34,466 nucleotides of DNA, from the IMG/VR virus record IMGVR_UViG_3300010359_000007, positions 1 to 34,466 of that record, one strand, 5' to 3'. Every line of letters begins with the position of its first letter. The stretch's first letter is position 1. This DNA comes from a virus (lineage: Duplodnaviria; Caudoviricetes). The position numbers and the translations under genes were made by a program. Shown one piece after another: positions 1 through 7,312 of this stretch. The notes under the pieces are model-generated. The model was not told where the DNA came from. It was given only the letters and a program-made list of their open reading frames with translations, and did no database searches.

Positions 1-140
1 GCGAGGCAATCCACCTAGCGATTGGCCTATGGCGTTGGAGAAGAGCACTGCGAAGGCAGCGATGGCTTAGCCAAAAGGCTGAGGACTAATCGGCAAGGGG
101 AGGGCTGCAAGGCTCTCCCCTCCTTCAGGAGGCAAGGGCA

Positions 141-362
141 ATGGCAATCAAGGTTATGGTTGGCACAAATCACGGCTTGTATGAACACACTCTCCAAAGC
201 GTCATGCCAGTGGTGGCCTACGCTGTGGTAGAAGGCAAGATATGGCAAGGGATGGGGGATGACGCAAGGGAAGCCTTATGTGATCTGGCCCTGCGTTTGC
301 AGGAGTACGCCAGGGTTGAAGGGCTAAACCTTGACGACCCGGAGTTCGAGATCGTAGACTAG
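141..362 (+). CDS. hypothetical early phage protein
   Basis: 73-aa ORF, AGGAGG RBS upstream, followed by a hairpin. Confidence 0.7.
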   Translation: MAIKVMVGTNHGLYEHTLQSVMPVVAYAVVEGKIWQGMGDDAREALCDLALRLQEYARVEGLNLDDPEFEIVD

Positions 363-380
363 CCAAAGGCCAAGCCAGGA

Positions 381-404
381 GGCCAGGGGAGCGATCCTCT
401 GGCC
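381..404 (+). terminator. GC-rich hairpin with GNRA loop, probable weak terminator
   Basis: GGCCAGGGGA-GCGA-TCCTCTGGCC just after stop of 141..362; U-tract poor. Confidence 0.45.
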
Positions 405-419
405 TTCAGCTATTTGGAG

Positions 420-434
420 GAACAAAACACGAAC
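420..434. promoter_or_regulatory. alphaproteobacterial-type LexA (SOS) box
   Basis: GAAC-AAAACAC-GAAC matches GAAC-N7-GAAC with A-rich spacer, in an intergenic region. Confidence 0.55.
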
Positions 435-670
435 GCCTGTTCACGAAATGTCTCGGCCCAGGATGCGTCCAAAGGCCGGCCGCTACTGGGGTAGCGGGGG
501 CAGGCGGAAAACGCACCACGGGGCTCCGCAGGGGCGTGGCGGGGCATTCCAGCGGCGACCAAGAGGCGTCCCAAGATGCGTCCAACCGCCAAGAGGCAAG
601 AGGCAAGGGCCAGGACGCTTAGGCAAGAGGCAGGCTGATGGCCACTTGGCTTGCCAAGGCTGCTTGACCA

Positions 671-691
671 GGTGCGACACGTTGTCGCACC
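671..691. promoter_or_regulatory. palindromic operator, RegA/RegR/PrrA-box-like
   Basis: GGTGCGACA-CGT-TGTCGCACC immediately upstream of a putative -35. Confidence 0.65.
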
Positions 692-693
692 CC

Positions 694-722
694 CTTGAAA
701 CCACCGACCGCGATCCCCATAT
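694..722 (+). promoter_or_regulatory. putative host sigma70-type promoter P1
   Basis: CTTGAA-N17-CCATAT, resembling rhizobial CTTGAC-N17-CTATAT; upstream of the 777 operon. Confidence 0.5.
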
Positions 723-776
723 GTAGGGGAGCCACCGGCAGCGGCAGGGAGGCTAACCAGCGAAAGGGCAAGGGCA

Positions 777-968
777 ATGCCAGAGCAAATGCTTCATATG
801 ATTGATTGTCACCACGAGGATGTAGAGATCCGCATAGCAAAGGACGGCGAGGGTTTCAAGGTCTGGGTCAATGTCAACGGAGTGTGCAGGCTCAGGGCTT
901 ACAAGTCTAGTCTAGTGATCCACGCCTTGGGAAGGGATATGGACCAGGTATGGAAAGAGGAGGACTAA
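777..968 (+). CDS. hypothetical protein
   Basis: 63-aa ORF, first of a tightly packed run. Confidence 0.65.
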   Translation: MPEQMLHMIDCHHEDVEIRIAKDGEGFKVWVNVNGVCRLRAYKSSLVIHALGRDMDQVWKEED

Positions 969-971
969 AGG

Positions 972-1178
972 GTGCCAATGCTTACAATGGAGGAAGTCAA
1001 GGCCCTGGACAAGCGGACCGATCCAGCCAAACTATTCCCAGGGACAATCGAGTTCTTGAAGGACTGCCGATTGGAGATTAACAAAGGGATTGAGCGAAGG
1101 AATGAGGCAAGGGCAGACGGTGAGGAGCCCGAGCCCTTGTGGCCTTGGACTAGCGAAGATGAGAGGAGATATCCATGA
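972..1178 (+). CDS. hypothetical protein
   Basis: GAGGAGG RBS, GTG start, ATGA overlap with next gene. Confidence 0.7.
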   Translation: MPMLTMEEVKALDKRTDPAKLFPGTIEFLKDCRLEINKGIERRNEARADGEEPEPLWPWTSEDERRYP

Positions 1179-1519
1179 ATGTAGAGAAGTTTACCAAGGT
1201 CGGTACAATGGCCCTAATCAAGGCCACCCAAGACCCCACAGCGCCAATCAAGATGCAGGAGTTGTACAAGTTCGCCAATCTAGTAGGCAAGATGCTTGCG
1301 CCATGCTCTGATAGGAAGCTTGTGGCGAGGATTGACGAGCTTCTTAATGATTGGGACGCAGGGGATGGCTGCGAGTTGGACCAAGAGGAAACGGCCAGGA
1401 CTCCTGAGTTCGTCATGGCCTTGTGTGCATCCTTGTGTGCCGCAATAGTGGGGTACACTGAGGATTTGGTGAAGAACTACAAAGAGGAGGATCAAGAGGC
1501 GGGGGAGGCCCCTAGATGA
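1175..1519 (+). CDS. hypothetical protein
   Basis: AGGAG RBS, ATGA coupling at both ends. Confidence 0.75.
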   Translation: MNVEKFTKVGTMALIKATQDPTAPIKMQELYKFANLVGKMLAPCSDRKLVARIDELLNDWDAGDGCELDQEETARTPEFVMALCASLCAAIVGYTEDLVKNYKEEDQEAGEAPR

Positions 1520-1704
1520 CCTCCCAAGCGAAATGGTGGAGGGCCAATCTGGCCCTCCCTCTAAAGACCCAGCGGGTCTTGGTTGGAGTAGTGGAGGTCA
1601 AGGCCATCGACAGGACTGATGCCTGCAAGACCTTGGCGACCTTGCTGAAGCGCCATGTGAGGTTTGATAATCTCCAGCCATGTATGAAGGAGAATGAGGA
1701 ATGA
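1516..1704 (+). CDS. hypothetical protein
   Basis: GGAGG RBS, ATGA coupling. Confidence 0.65.
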   Translation: MTSQAKWWRANLALPLKTQRVLVGVVEVKAIDRTDACKTLATLLKRHVRFDNLQPCMKENEE

Positions 1705-1970
1705 CAAGTCCGTGGAAACAAGGCCACCAAAAGGTTAGCTCAACCTACGTAGATCTAAAGCTAACCATTGCACAGGCTTGCGTAGATAGCGGGCTTAGAA
1801 CAACCGATGTTCTATCTGCTCTTGCAGTCTGTTATGTTACCCTTGGGATGACGCATATGCGCCCTGGGGCAGATATAGAGGAGACTATCGACGCACTAAT
1901 GGACGGTGTCAAGAACGCTATAGGCCACGCACGCAAAACAATAGAGGAGCGCCTCAATGACAAGCCTTAG
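1701..1970 (+). CDS. hypothetical helical protein
   Basis: AAGGAG RBS, ATGA coupling. Confidence 0.7.
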   Translation: MTSPWKQGHQKVSSTYVDLKLTIAQACVDSGLRTTDVLSALAVCYVTLGMTHMRPGADIEETIDALMDGVKNAIGHARKTIEERLNDKP

Positions 1971-2205
1971 TCCAAAAGAGTTCGCGGCCTTGCTAGTCAA
2001 GGCCAACGAAATCCATGAAGCTTCTTGGCGATACGGAGTGCCTAATCGCTTTGGCAGCTACGCTAAAGACTGGCGCCAATGCTGCCGAGAGGCAGGGGCA
2101 AGCGAAGCTTGGGTAACCATCATGACGGTCCTACTATTCCCAGGCTACTCGGATGTGTGGGATTGGACTGAAAGGCAACTGAAGGAAGGGAAGCAAGATG
2201 CGTAA
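1957..2205 (+). CDS. hypothetical protein
   Basis: GAGGAG RBS, short overlaps with neighbours. Confidence 0.7.
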   Translation: MTSLSPKEFAALLVKANEIHEASWRYGVPNRFGSYAKDWRQCCREAGASEAWVTIMTVLLFPGYSDVWDWTERQLKEGKQDA

Positions 2206-2449
2206 GCCAATCTACTGCGAAGACCAAAAGCATCGGGTAGTTTCGTTCCCCAACGGCCAGTGGGCTTGTCAGGCTTACAAGCCTGAGCCCAATCGCAGGG
2301 GAACCTTTGCTGGGCAGAACTACAGGCCAAAGAGCAGCAGCCTCGATCAAGGCCAACCCCACATCGACCCCTGGGTCAACACCCAAAGGCCGACCACTAA
2401 GGACGAGGCCCTGCGACAGCTGGCCTTGTTTGGGAAGATCGCAGTCTAA
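2198..2449 (+). CDS. hypothetical protein
   Basis: purine-rich RBS, ends just before the operator pair. Confidence 0.7.
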   Translation: MRKPIYCEDQKHRVVSFPNGQWACQAYKPEPNRRGTFAGQNYRPKSSSLDQGQPHIDPWVNTQRPTTKDEALRQLALFGKIAV

Positions 2450-2451
2450 GG

Positions 2452-2490
2452 CTGCGACAACTTGACGCAGGGGTGCGACATCTTGTCGCA
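2452..2490. promoter_or_regulatory. tandem pair of palindromic operators, RegA/RegR-box-like
   Basis: CTGCGACA-ACT-TGACGCAG (2452-2470) and TGCGACA-TCT-TGTCGCA (2474-2490), abutting the -35. Confidence 0.7.
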
Positions 2491-2519
2491 TTGACGCCGC
2501 ACCCCAAAGCGCCTATATT
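2491..2519 (+). promoter_or_regulatory. sigma70-type promoter P2
   Basis: TTGACG-N17-TATATT upstream of 2581. Confidence 0.75.
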
Positions 2520-2580
2520 AGGCAGGTAGCGGTCGCAATACAGCGGCCTGAGACAACTCAAATCAACGGAGACTAAAGAA

Positions 2581-3198
2581 ATGTCTGTCATGCAAATCCC
2601 AGTGGTCAAGGCAAAGGGCCAGTTCGTCGAGATCGACACCGACAAGCTTCCCGAGGCAGTCTATGCCTACGCGCTCCAGATCGGGCTCAAGAGCTTGATG
2701 AACCGTGGGACCACGGGCAAGGATGCCAAAGACCTCGATGCCGATGGCTATCTGGCGCTTGCTGAAAAGCAGCGCGAGCAAGCCTACGCTGGCAAGACGC
2801 GGATCATTGGTGCCAAGGCCACCAAGAAGCGCGACACCGTCGAGATGGCTGAAGCTGTCCGAATCGCCAAGCAGACCGTGAAGGACATGATCAAGGCCAA
2901 CGGGGAGAAGATCTCCCACTACTCTGCTGCCGAGATCACCAAGGCCGCGAAGGCCATTGTCGAGGCCGACGCAGATACTTATCTCGCCGCAGCCCGGGAA
3001 AACCTTGCAAAGGCTGCAAGTGTTGTGGGCAAGGGCGGAAAGGCCGACATCATGGCCTTGATGGCCAAAGATGCGAAGAAGGTTGCAGCTGCGGAGGCCA
3101 AGAAGGAGAGCACAAAGAAGGAGAAGGCGGCTACCTCTGCTGGCAAAGTCCCGCCCACCAAGCCTACCGGACCGCGGGTTGTTCCTCCGCGCCACTAA
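2581..3198 (+). CDS. Ala/Lys-rich basic protein, possible DNA-binding or nucleoid-like early protein
   Basis: 205 aa, GGAG RBS, own promoter, strong codon bias, A/K-rich; function is inference. Confidence 0.75.
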   Translation: MSVMQIPVVKAKGQFVEIDTDKLPEAVYAYALQIGLKSLMNRGTTGKDAKDLDADGYLALAEKQREQAYAGKTRIIGAKATKKRDTVEMAEAVRIAKQTVKDMIKANGEKISHYSAAEITKAAKAIVEADADTYLAAARENLAKAASVVGKGGKADIMALMAKDAKKVAAAEAKKESTKKEKAATSAGKVPPTKPTGPRVVPPRH

Positions 3199-3211
3199 CG
3201 AAGGAGATCTA

Positions 3212-3233
3212 GGGGAGGGCCTTGACCCTCCCC
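3212..3233 (+). terminator. perfect 8-bp hairpin (terminator or processing site)
   Basis: GGGGAGGG-CCTTGA-CCCTCCCC after stop of 2581..3198; no U-tract. Confidence 0.4.
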
Positions 3234-3254
3234 ACCCCAAGGGAGTGTGCCGCT

Positions 3255-4052
3255 ATGCGGTATGATATTCGAGACAAAGCAGGCAAGTTCACCAAGATCG
3301 ACTGGGCAAGAGTAGAGAAGGGCAACACAATGACAATCGACCACGAGACACACGAGCAGGTTCAAGAGCCTTCAATGAGCGAGGCCACTACCAATGGTGA
3401 CATCTCCACATCAACAGGGCTGGTTCTGGGACAGGAGGAGAGCGTGATCAAGGGAACCATGAGCAAGCTGGCGGACGGGCTTGTGAAGCTTTCTTCCTAT
3501 GCGAAGAAGTTCGAAGACATGGACAAGCGGATTACCGAGCTTCTGACTGCAATCGAGAATGCCGAGCAGCGGGCCAAGGAAGCCATTGCCGAGCGAGATC
3601 AGGCGTTTGTGGTAAGGGATGAGGCCTTGACGCAGGCTAGGATGGCAAGAGAGGCTTACAACGTCGTCAATGCCGAGCGACAGGCTTTGGTTGGCCAGCT
3701 TGAGGTTGCCAACAATCTCCACAGCGAACTCCGCCAGGCCCACGATAGGCTCTCTAGCGAACACAGCTTTCGAGGCGACGAGGTTACTCGCCTTACTAAT
3801 CTCCTCAATCTAGCCCAGGAGGAGCGAGATCGCTTCAGGGAGGAGGCTGGAAGCGAGCGGACCAAGCGAGAGGACGCCGAACTCAAGGGCCTTGAGCTTG
3901 AAGAGCTTAAGGAAACCCACGACATCACCAAGCGAGCCCTGGACGACTGTGCAGCCAGGGTGGCGCTTCTCAAGGCCGATGCAGACGAGGCCAAGCGTGC
4001 CAACTCCGAGCTTACCATCAAGCTCGAAAACATCCGACGCCAGGTTAACTAA
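3255..4052 (+). CDS. long coiled-coil protein
   Basis: heptad E/L/A/R-rich sequence; ATG 3255 with GGGAG RBS, alternative ATG 3330. Confidence 0.8.
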   Translation: MRYDIRDKAGKFTKIDWARVEKGNTMTIDHETHEQVQEPSMSEATTNGDISTSTGLVLGQEESVIKGTMSKLADGLVKLSSYAKKFEDMDKRITELLTAIENAEQRAKEAIAERDQAFVVRDEALTQARMAREAYNVVNAERQALVGQLEVANNLHSELRQAHDRLSSEHSFRGDEVTRLTNLLNLAQEERDRFREEAGSERTKREDAELKGLELEELKETHDITKRALDDCAARVALLKADADEAKRANSELTIKLENIRRQVN

Positions 4053-4077
4053 TCTCAGTCTGGACCACTGAGCAACT

Positions 4078-4110
4078 GGAGAGGGGCAACCCTCTCCCCT
4101 TTTCCTTTTT
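4078..4110 (+). terminator. Rho-independent terminator
   Basis: GGAGAGGG-GCAA-CCCTCTCC followed by CCTTTTCCTTTTT. Confidence 0.75.
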
Positions 4111-4120
4111 GGAGGGCCAG

Positions 4121-4390
4121 ATGTCCAGAGCAGCCCAACTAGAAAGCGCCAAGCGGATTGCCAAGTGGAAGGCCGATCAATATCTTGGCCTTGGGGTTGA
4201 AGACCTTGATTGGCTGGCTATCGAGATCCTAAGGATCAACGAAGACATAGCTATGCTCATCAAGCGCCGAGACGAGCTTATGAACAAGCAACGCGTCTTG
4301 CAAGGCCAGACCTCCAACAATCTCCAAGCCCTTGTGGCCAAGGCCATCGCTTCCTCGCCAAAGCCCAAGGGCTTCATCAGGCGAGTTTGA
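4121..4390 (+). CDS. hypothetical coiled-coil protein ending GFIRRV
   Basis: GGAGG RBS at 4111, ATG 4121. Confidence 0.75.
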   Translation: MSRAAQLESAKRIAKWKADQYLGLGVEDLDWLAIEILRINEDIAMLIKRRDELMNKQRVLQGQTSNNLQALVAKAIASSPKPKGFIRRV

Positions 4391-4459
4391 GCAGACTGTT
4401 GGGGCCACTCTGGCCCCAATGGCCTGCGCATTCCGCGTGGGGAGAAGGAGAAGACTAGA

Positions 4460-4642
4460 ATGAAGCTTGTGTCCATGACTGTTCTGGCCCTTGTGGCCGC
4501 TCTTGCCTTAGCCTCCTGTGCCAACGAAGGCCCCCGTGGTCAGGTCGGCCTTGCGGCAATTCCTGTTTGCCCACAATCACCGATCCCTCACGGTCGGCAC
4601 GATAGCCTGTGCAACCACCACGAAGGCAATGGCGGAAACTAG
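4460..4642 (+). CDS. small lipoprotein
   Basis: AAGGAG RBS; signal peptide with LASC lipobox. Confidence 0.65.
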   Translation: MKLVSMTVLALVAALALASCANEGPRGQVGLAAIPVCPQSPIPHGRHDSLCNHHEGNGGN

Positions 4643-4649
4643 CTAGGAG

Positions 4650-4674
4650 GGGGTGCGTCACTATGACGCACCCC
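4650..4674. promoter_or_regulatory. palindromic operator with the same core as 671 and 2452 (may also act as a hairpin)
   Basis: GGGGTGCGTCA-CTA-TGACGCACCCC about 50 bp upstream of promoter P3. Confidence 0.55.
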
Positions 4675-4723
4675 ACCAACCCAGGAAACTCAGCCTTTTG
4701 AGCCTCTTGAGGGCAATTGAGGC

Positions 4724-4752
4724 TTGACATTGGGTCCAAAGTGTGGTATAAT
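4724..4752 (+). promoter_or_regulatory. consensus sigma70 promoter P3
   Basis: TTGACA-N17-TATAAT with extended -10 TG. Confidence 0.9.
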
Positions 4753-4777
4753 AGTCCTTTAGGACGCGGAGGAGAAG

Positions 4778-4933
4778 ATGCAGATAGACCTAACCCGCGA
4801 GGAAATCAACGATCTAATCCGTGCCATTGAGCAGGTGGATACTTACGACACCCTATTTCGTAAACGATTACGTCCCTTGGAAGAGAAGCTAGTCCGCTAC
4901 TCCGACCAAGCGCTTAAGGAGCCACAAGAATGA
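4778..4933 (+). CDS. hypothetical 51-aa protein (MQIDLTREE...KEPQE)
   Basis: GGAGGAG RBS directly after P3; below ORF-track length cut-off, translated by hand. Confidence 0.7.
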   Translation: MQIDLTREEINDLIRAIEQVDTYDTLFRKRLRPLEEKLVRYSDQALKEPQE

Positions 4934-5082
4934 AGGACAAAGCAGAAAGGCTTGAGAAAGTCGTCAAGTGGATTTTAGAAGACGCAGCTTTCAAGGCTCC
5001 CGAGGAGTTCAACTGGCTTACTCGGCGCTATGTTGACGCCCTTGAAGCGGCTTGGCAAGGAGATAAGGAGCCTCAAGAATGA
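4915..5082 (+). repeat. 19-bp direct repeat TAAGGAGCC(A/T)CAAGAATGA at 4915-4933 and 5064-5082
   Basis: 18/19 identity; each copy holds RBS plus overlapping stop/start. Confidence 0.8.
4930..5082 (+). CDS. hypothetical 50-aa protein (MKDKAERLE...KEPQE)
   Basis: TAAGGAG RBS, ATGA coupling at both ends. Confidence 0.7.
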   Translation: MKDKAERLEKVVKWILEDAAFKAPEEFNWLTRRYVDALEAAWQGDKEPQE

Positions 5083-5345
5083 TCCATTCCCTTCTAATAA
5101 CCTCCTCCATCCTTCTGGCCCAATGCGGGCCAGAAGGAGCCTTTCGCTGTGGTCCTCCGCCGGGTCCAGGTGGCTACCCAGGCGAGTACCGCCAACCCTA
5201 TCGCTACTACTCTCCTAACATGCCCATGATGCGACCAGGGGAATATCCGCCAGTGAGGCAAGGCCCGCTATTCAACCCTCGCTATCGCTCCAGGCCAGAG
5301 TTCTACCCCGGCCCAATGTTCCCTCCCCCTCCGGGCTATAGGTGA
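5079..5345 (+). CDS. small secreted Pro/Gly/Tyr-rich protein
   Basis: hydrophobic N-terminus then low-complexity P/G/Y/R region; TAAGGAG RBS. Confidence 0.65.
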   Translation: MIHSLLITSSILLAQCGPEGAFRCGPPPGPGGYPGEYRQPYRYYSPNMPMMRPGEYPPVRQGPLFNPRYRSRPEFYPGPMFPPPPGYR

Positions 5346-5348
5346 GCT

Positions 5349-5486
5349 ATGAACCTTGTTATAGTCACCACCTCACTTGCCTTGGCCATTTGGTCCGGTC
5401 AGGTCTGGTCAATGGTAGGTTGCGCTCTCTGCGCGGGCTTTGTATATGGCCACGCAACCTGCATGTTCCAGCATAGGAAGACTTGA
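5349..5486 (+). CDS. small membrane protein, 45 aa
   Basis: AGGTG RBS, hydrophobic sequence MNLVIVTTSLALAIW..., TGATG coupling. Confidence 0.5.
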   Translation: MNLVIVTTSLALAIWSGQVWSMVGCALCAGFVYGHATCMFQHRKT

Positions 5487-5869
5487 TGCTAAAACGCTGC
5501 CTACCTGCTATCTTCCTCCTCTTGGCCTCCCTACCTGCTGTAGGAGGGCCAAAGGACCAAAATCTCCAGGCCCTTTGGGCAGAGTTCCAGACATGGAACA
5601 CCGAACGCTTAATGGAGCTACCGCATGGCGAGTTATCCCAAGGACGAGCCTCCCTTGATGCAGCTATACGCGAAGCCAGAGCCAAGGGATCTAGATCTAA
5701 GGCCAGGAGGCATAAGCTTCACCGATCTCACAAACCGCATCACAAATCCCTTAAGCGAGATTGCCCTTCTAATTGGCTCCCTGACCTATGGGGAAATGAT
5801 CGAGCTTGCCAAGGCCATTTGGGCCGTCGGCCCTATCACCGAGGCTACCCTACCACAAGTTCTTCATGA
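5486..5869 (+). CDS. putative secreted protein
   Basis: signal-peptide-like N-terminus, TGATG coupling; C-terminal half overlaps 5625..6047. Confidence 0.4.
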   Translation: MLKRCLPAIFLLLASLPAVGGPKDQNLQALWAEFQTWNTERLMELPHGELSQGRASLDAAIREARAKGSRSKARRHKLHRSHKPHHKSLKRDCPSNWLPDLWGNDRACQGHLGRRPYHRGYPTTSSS

Positions 5870-6047
5870 CTGGAGCAAGAACCATGGCAAGAAAGCGGAA
5901 GCCTCAACTAGCCTGCAAAGACTGCCACATTCCGATCATCAATCCCAACCTGAAGCTGGTGAGGTGCGAGGAGTGTCACAGGCTCTATCGGATAGCACAA
6001 AATACCAAGCGCCGGGTAACGAAAGCTCTCAAGGCCCTCAAGGCTGA
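5625..6047 (+). CDS. hypothetical helical protein
   Basis: GGAG RBS; amphipathic, globular-looking core; overlaps both neighbours. Confidence 0.55.
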   Translation: MASYPKDEPPLMQLYAKPEPRDLDLRPGGISFTDLTNRITNPLSEIALLIGSLTYGEMIELAKAIWAVGPITEATLPQVLHDWSKNHGKKAEASTSLQRLPHSDHQSQPEAGEVRGVSQALSDSTKYQAPGNESSQGPQG

Positions 6048-6072
6048 GCCAAGGCAGGGAAGCATCCAGTGA
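5884..6072 (+). CDS. basic zinc-finger protein
   Basis: GGAG RBS; CKDC...CEEC plus K/R-rich helix. Confidence 0.6.
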   Translation: MARKRKPQLACKDCHIPIINPNLKLVRCEECHRLYRIAQNTKRRVTKALKALKAEPRQGSIQ

Positions 6073-6118
6073 TGTTGTAGACGACTAGGACAGGGCTAAG
6101 CAAATCAAGGAGCTAACC

Positions 6119-6676
6119 ATGCCCACCCAAGAAGAGATTGAAGCAGCAACTAGAGCAGTTCACAAAGAAATGCTTAATTCGGCGACGACAACGGAGACCA
6201 TTGCAAGGTCTGCTCTTGCCGCCGCAGAAAACTTTATAATTGAACGATGCGCTCAAGCCAGCACAAGAGGATTTGTTCAAATGACCGACGCACCTGACAC
6301 GCTGCCGCCGGGACCGTGGCGAGTTAGCAGCAATGATGATTGTTTTGTCATAGCTGATAATGCAAAGCCGCCTCCTAAAGTAATTGTTATAGCGGATTGT
6401 TATAGTCCAGCCGTAGCCAGCGCCATCGCCGAGCGGGAACGGGAGATAGAGCGGCTGCAAGCACAGCTTGACACCCTTGGACAGATCAATCGCGAGCAAG
6501 CCGCAGCCATCAAGAAAATCACCAGCCATGAATTTGTCGAAACGGAATTCAGCAAACTCCGTGCCCGCGTGGCGGAGCTGGAGGCCGAACTTGCCGCAAC
6601 AGAACGCACGCTTAATGCCTGGATAGTCCGGGCAAAAGAATTGGAGCAAACCTATGCCCACCCCAGCAGCGTATGA
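6119..6676 (+). CDS. mosaic hypothetical protein with coiled-coil C-terminus
   Basis: AAGGAG RBS; PGPW motif and heptad repeats. Confidence 0.75.
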   Translation: MPTQEEIEAATRAVHKEMLNSATTTETIARSALAAAENFIIERCAQASTRGFVQMTDAPDTLPPGPWRVSSNDDCFVIADNAKPPPKVIVIADCYSPAVASAIAEREREIERLQAQLDTLGQINREQAAAIKKITSHEFVETEFSKLRARVAELEAELAATERTLNAWIVRAKELEQTYAHPSSV

Positions 6677-7061
6677 TTACGAGTGCGAAGACTGTATCGG
6701 AATGAAAGAGCATGGTTGCTATTGTCAAGCAGTAGGAGCAATCACACCTGGCGGTCCTTCACCCGAGGCTGTGAAGTCTCGTGATGTAATTCCATGCGAC
6801 AAACTTTCGGAATGTGATTGGCCGGCTTGCCCTCCCACTTGTAAGGGACGTCCTGGAGGACCCATGCCTACCCCAGAAGAGATTGAAGCGGCGAAAAAGT
6901 CAATGCTAAAGCTAATTCCGCATGATCTGCCAATCACGGAACGTGACGTCGCTGTGTTAGCAGAAGCCGCCCTCGCCGCTGCGGAGGCCGTGCGGGAAGA
7001 ACCAAGAGGGTGTCCGACGCCAGGTGCTTGTTCGTGTCTGCCTCCAAGGGAGGAAACGTAA
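6654..7061 (+). CDS. Cys-rich mosaic protein with internal in-frame start at 6864
   Basis: GGAG RBS; three Cys clusters; GGAGG before the internal MPTPEEIEAA. Confidence 0.65.
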   Translation: MPTPAAYDYECEDCIGMKEHGCYCQAVGAITPGGPSPEAVKSRDVIPCDKLSECDWPACPPTCKGRPGGPMPTPEEIEAAKKSMLKLIPHDLPITERDVAVLAEAALAAAEAVREEPRGCPTPGACSCLPPREET

Positions 7062-7312
7062 TGACCAATAATCCACGAGACATGCTGGGAGAAATCGGCA
7101 GGCTTGAAGATAAATTAGAAAAAACCGAAGCCCGCATCCGGGAACTGGAGGCCGACAACAAGAAAATGCTAGCAATATTAGGCGGAAATATGGCCGCTCC
7201 AATGGGCTACAGCTTGCTGATTGAAGCAAACAAGAAGCTAAATGCCCAAGTGGCAGAACTAACAAAGGAGCTAGAAGCCAATGGACTGCGGAGCTTGGAC
7301 AAACAACGATAG
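7061..7312 (+). CDS. coiled-coil protein
   Basis: GGAGG RBS, TAATG coupling. Confidence 0.7.
   Translation: MTNNPRDMLGEIGRLEDKLEKTEARIRELEADNKKMLAILGGNMAAPMGYSLLIEANKKLNAQVAELTKELEANGLRSLDKQR

Noticed and set aside
448-726. 92-aa + strand ORF
   Set aside because: No RBS, R/G/P-rich translation of repeats, and it runs across an operator and promoter.
2563-3240. 225-aa - strand ORF and similar antisense ORFs in the early arm
   Set aside because: Mirror frames of well-supported + strand genes.
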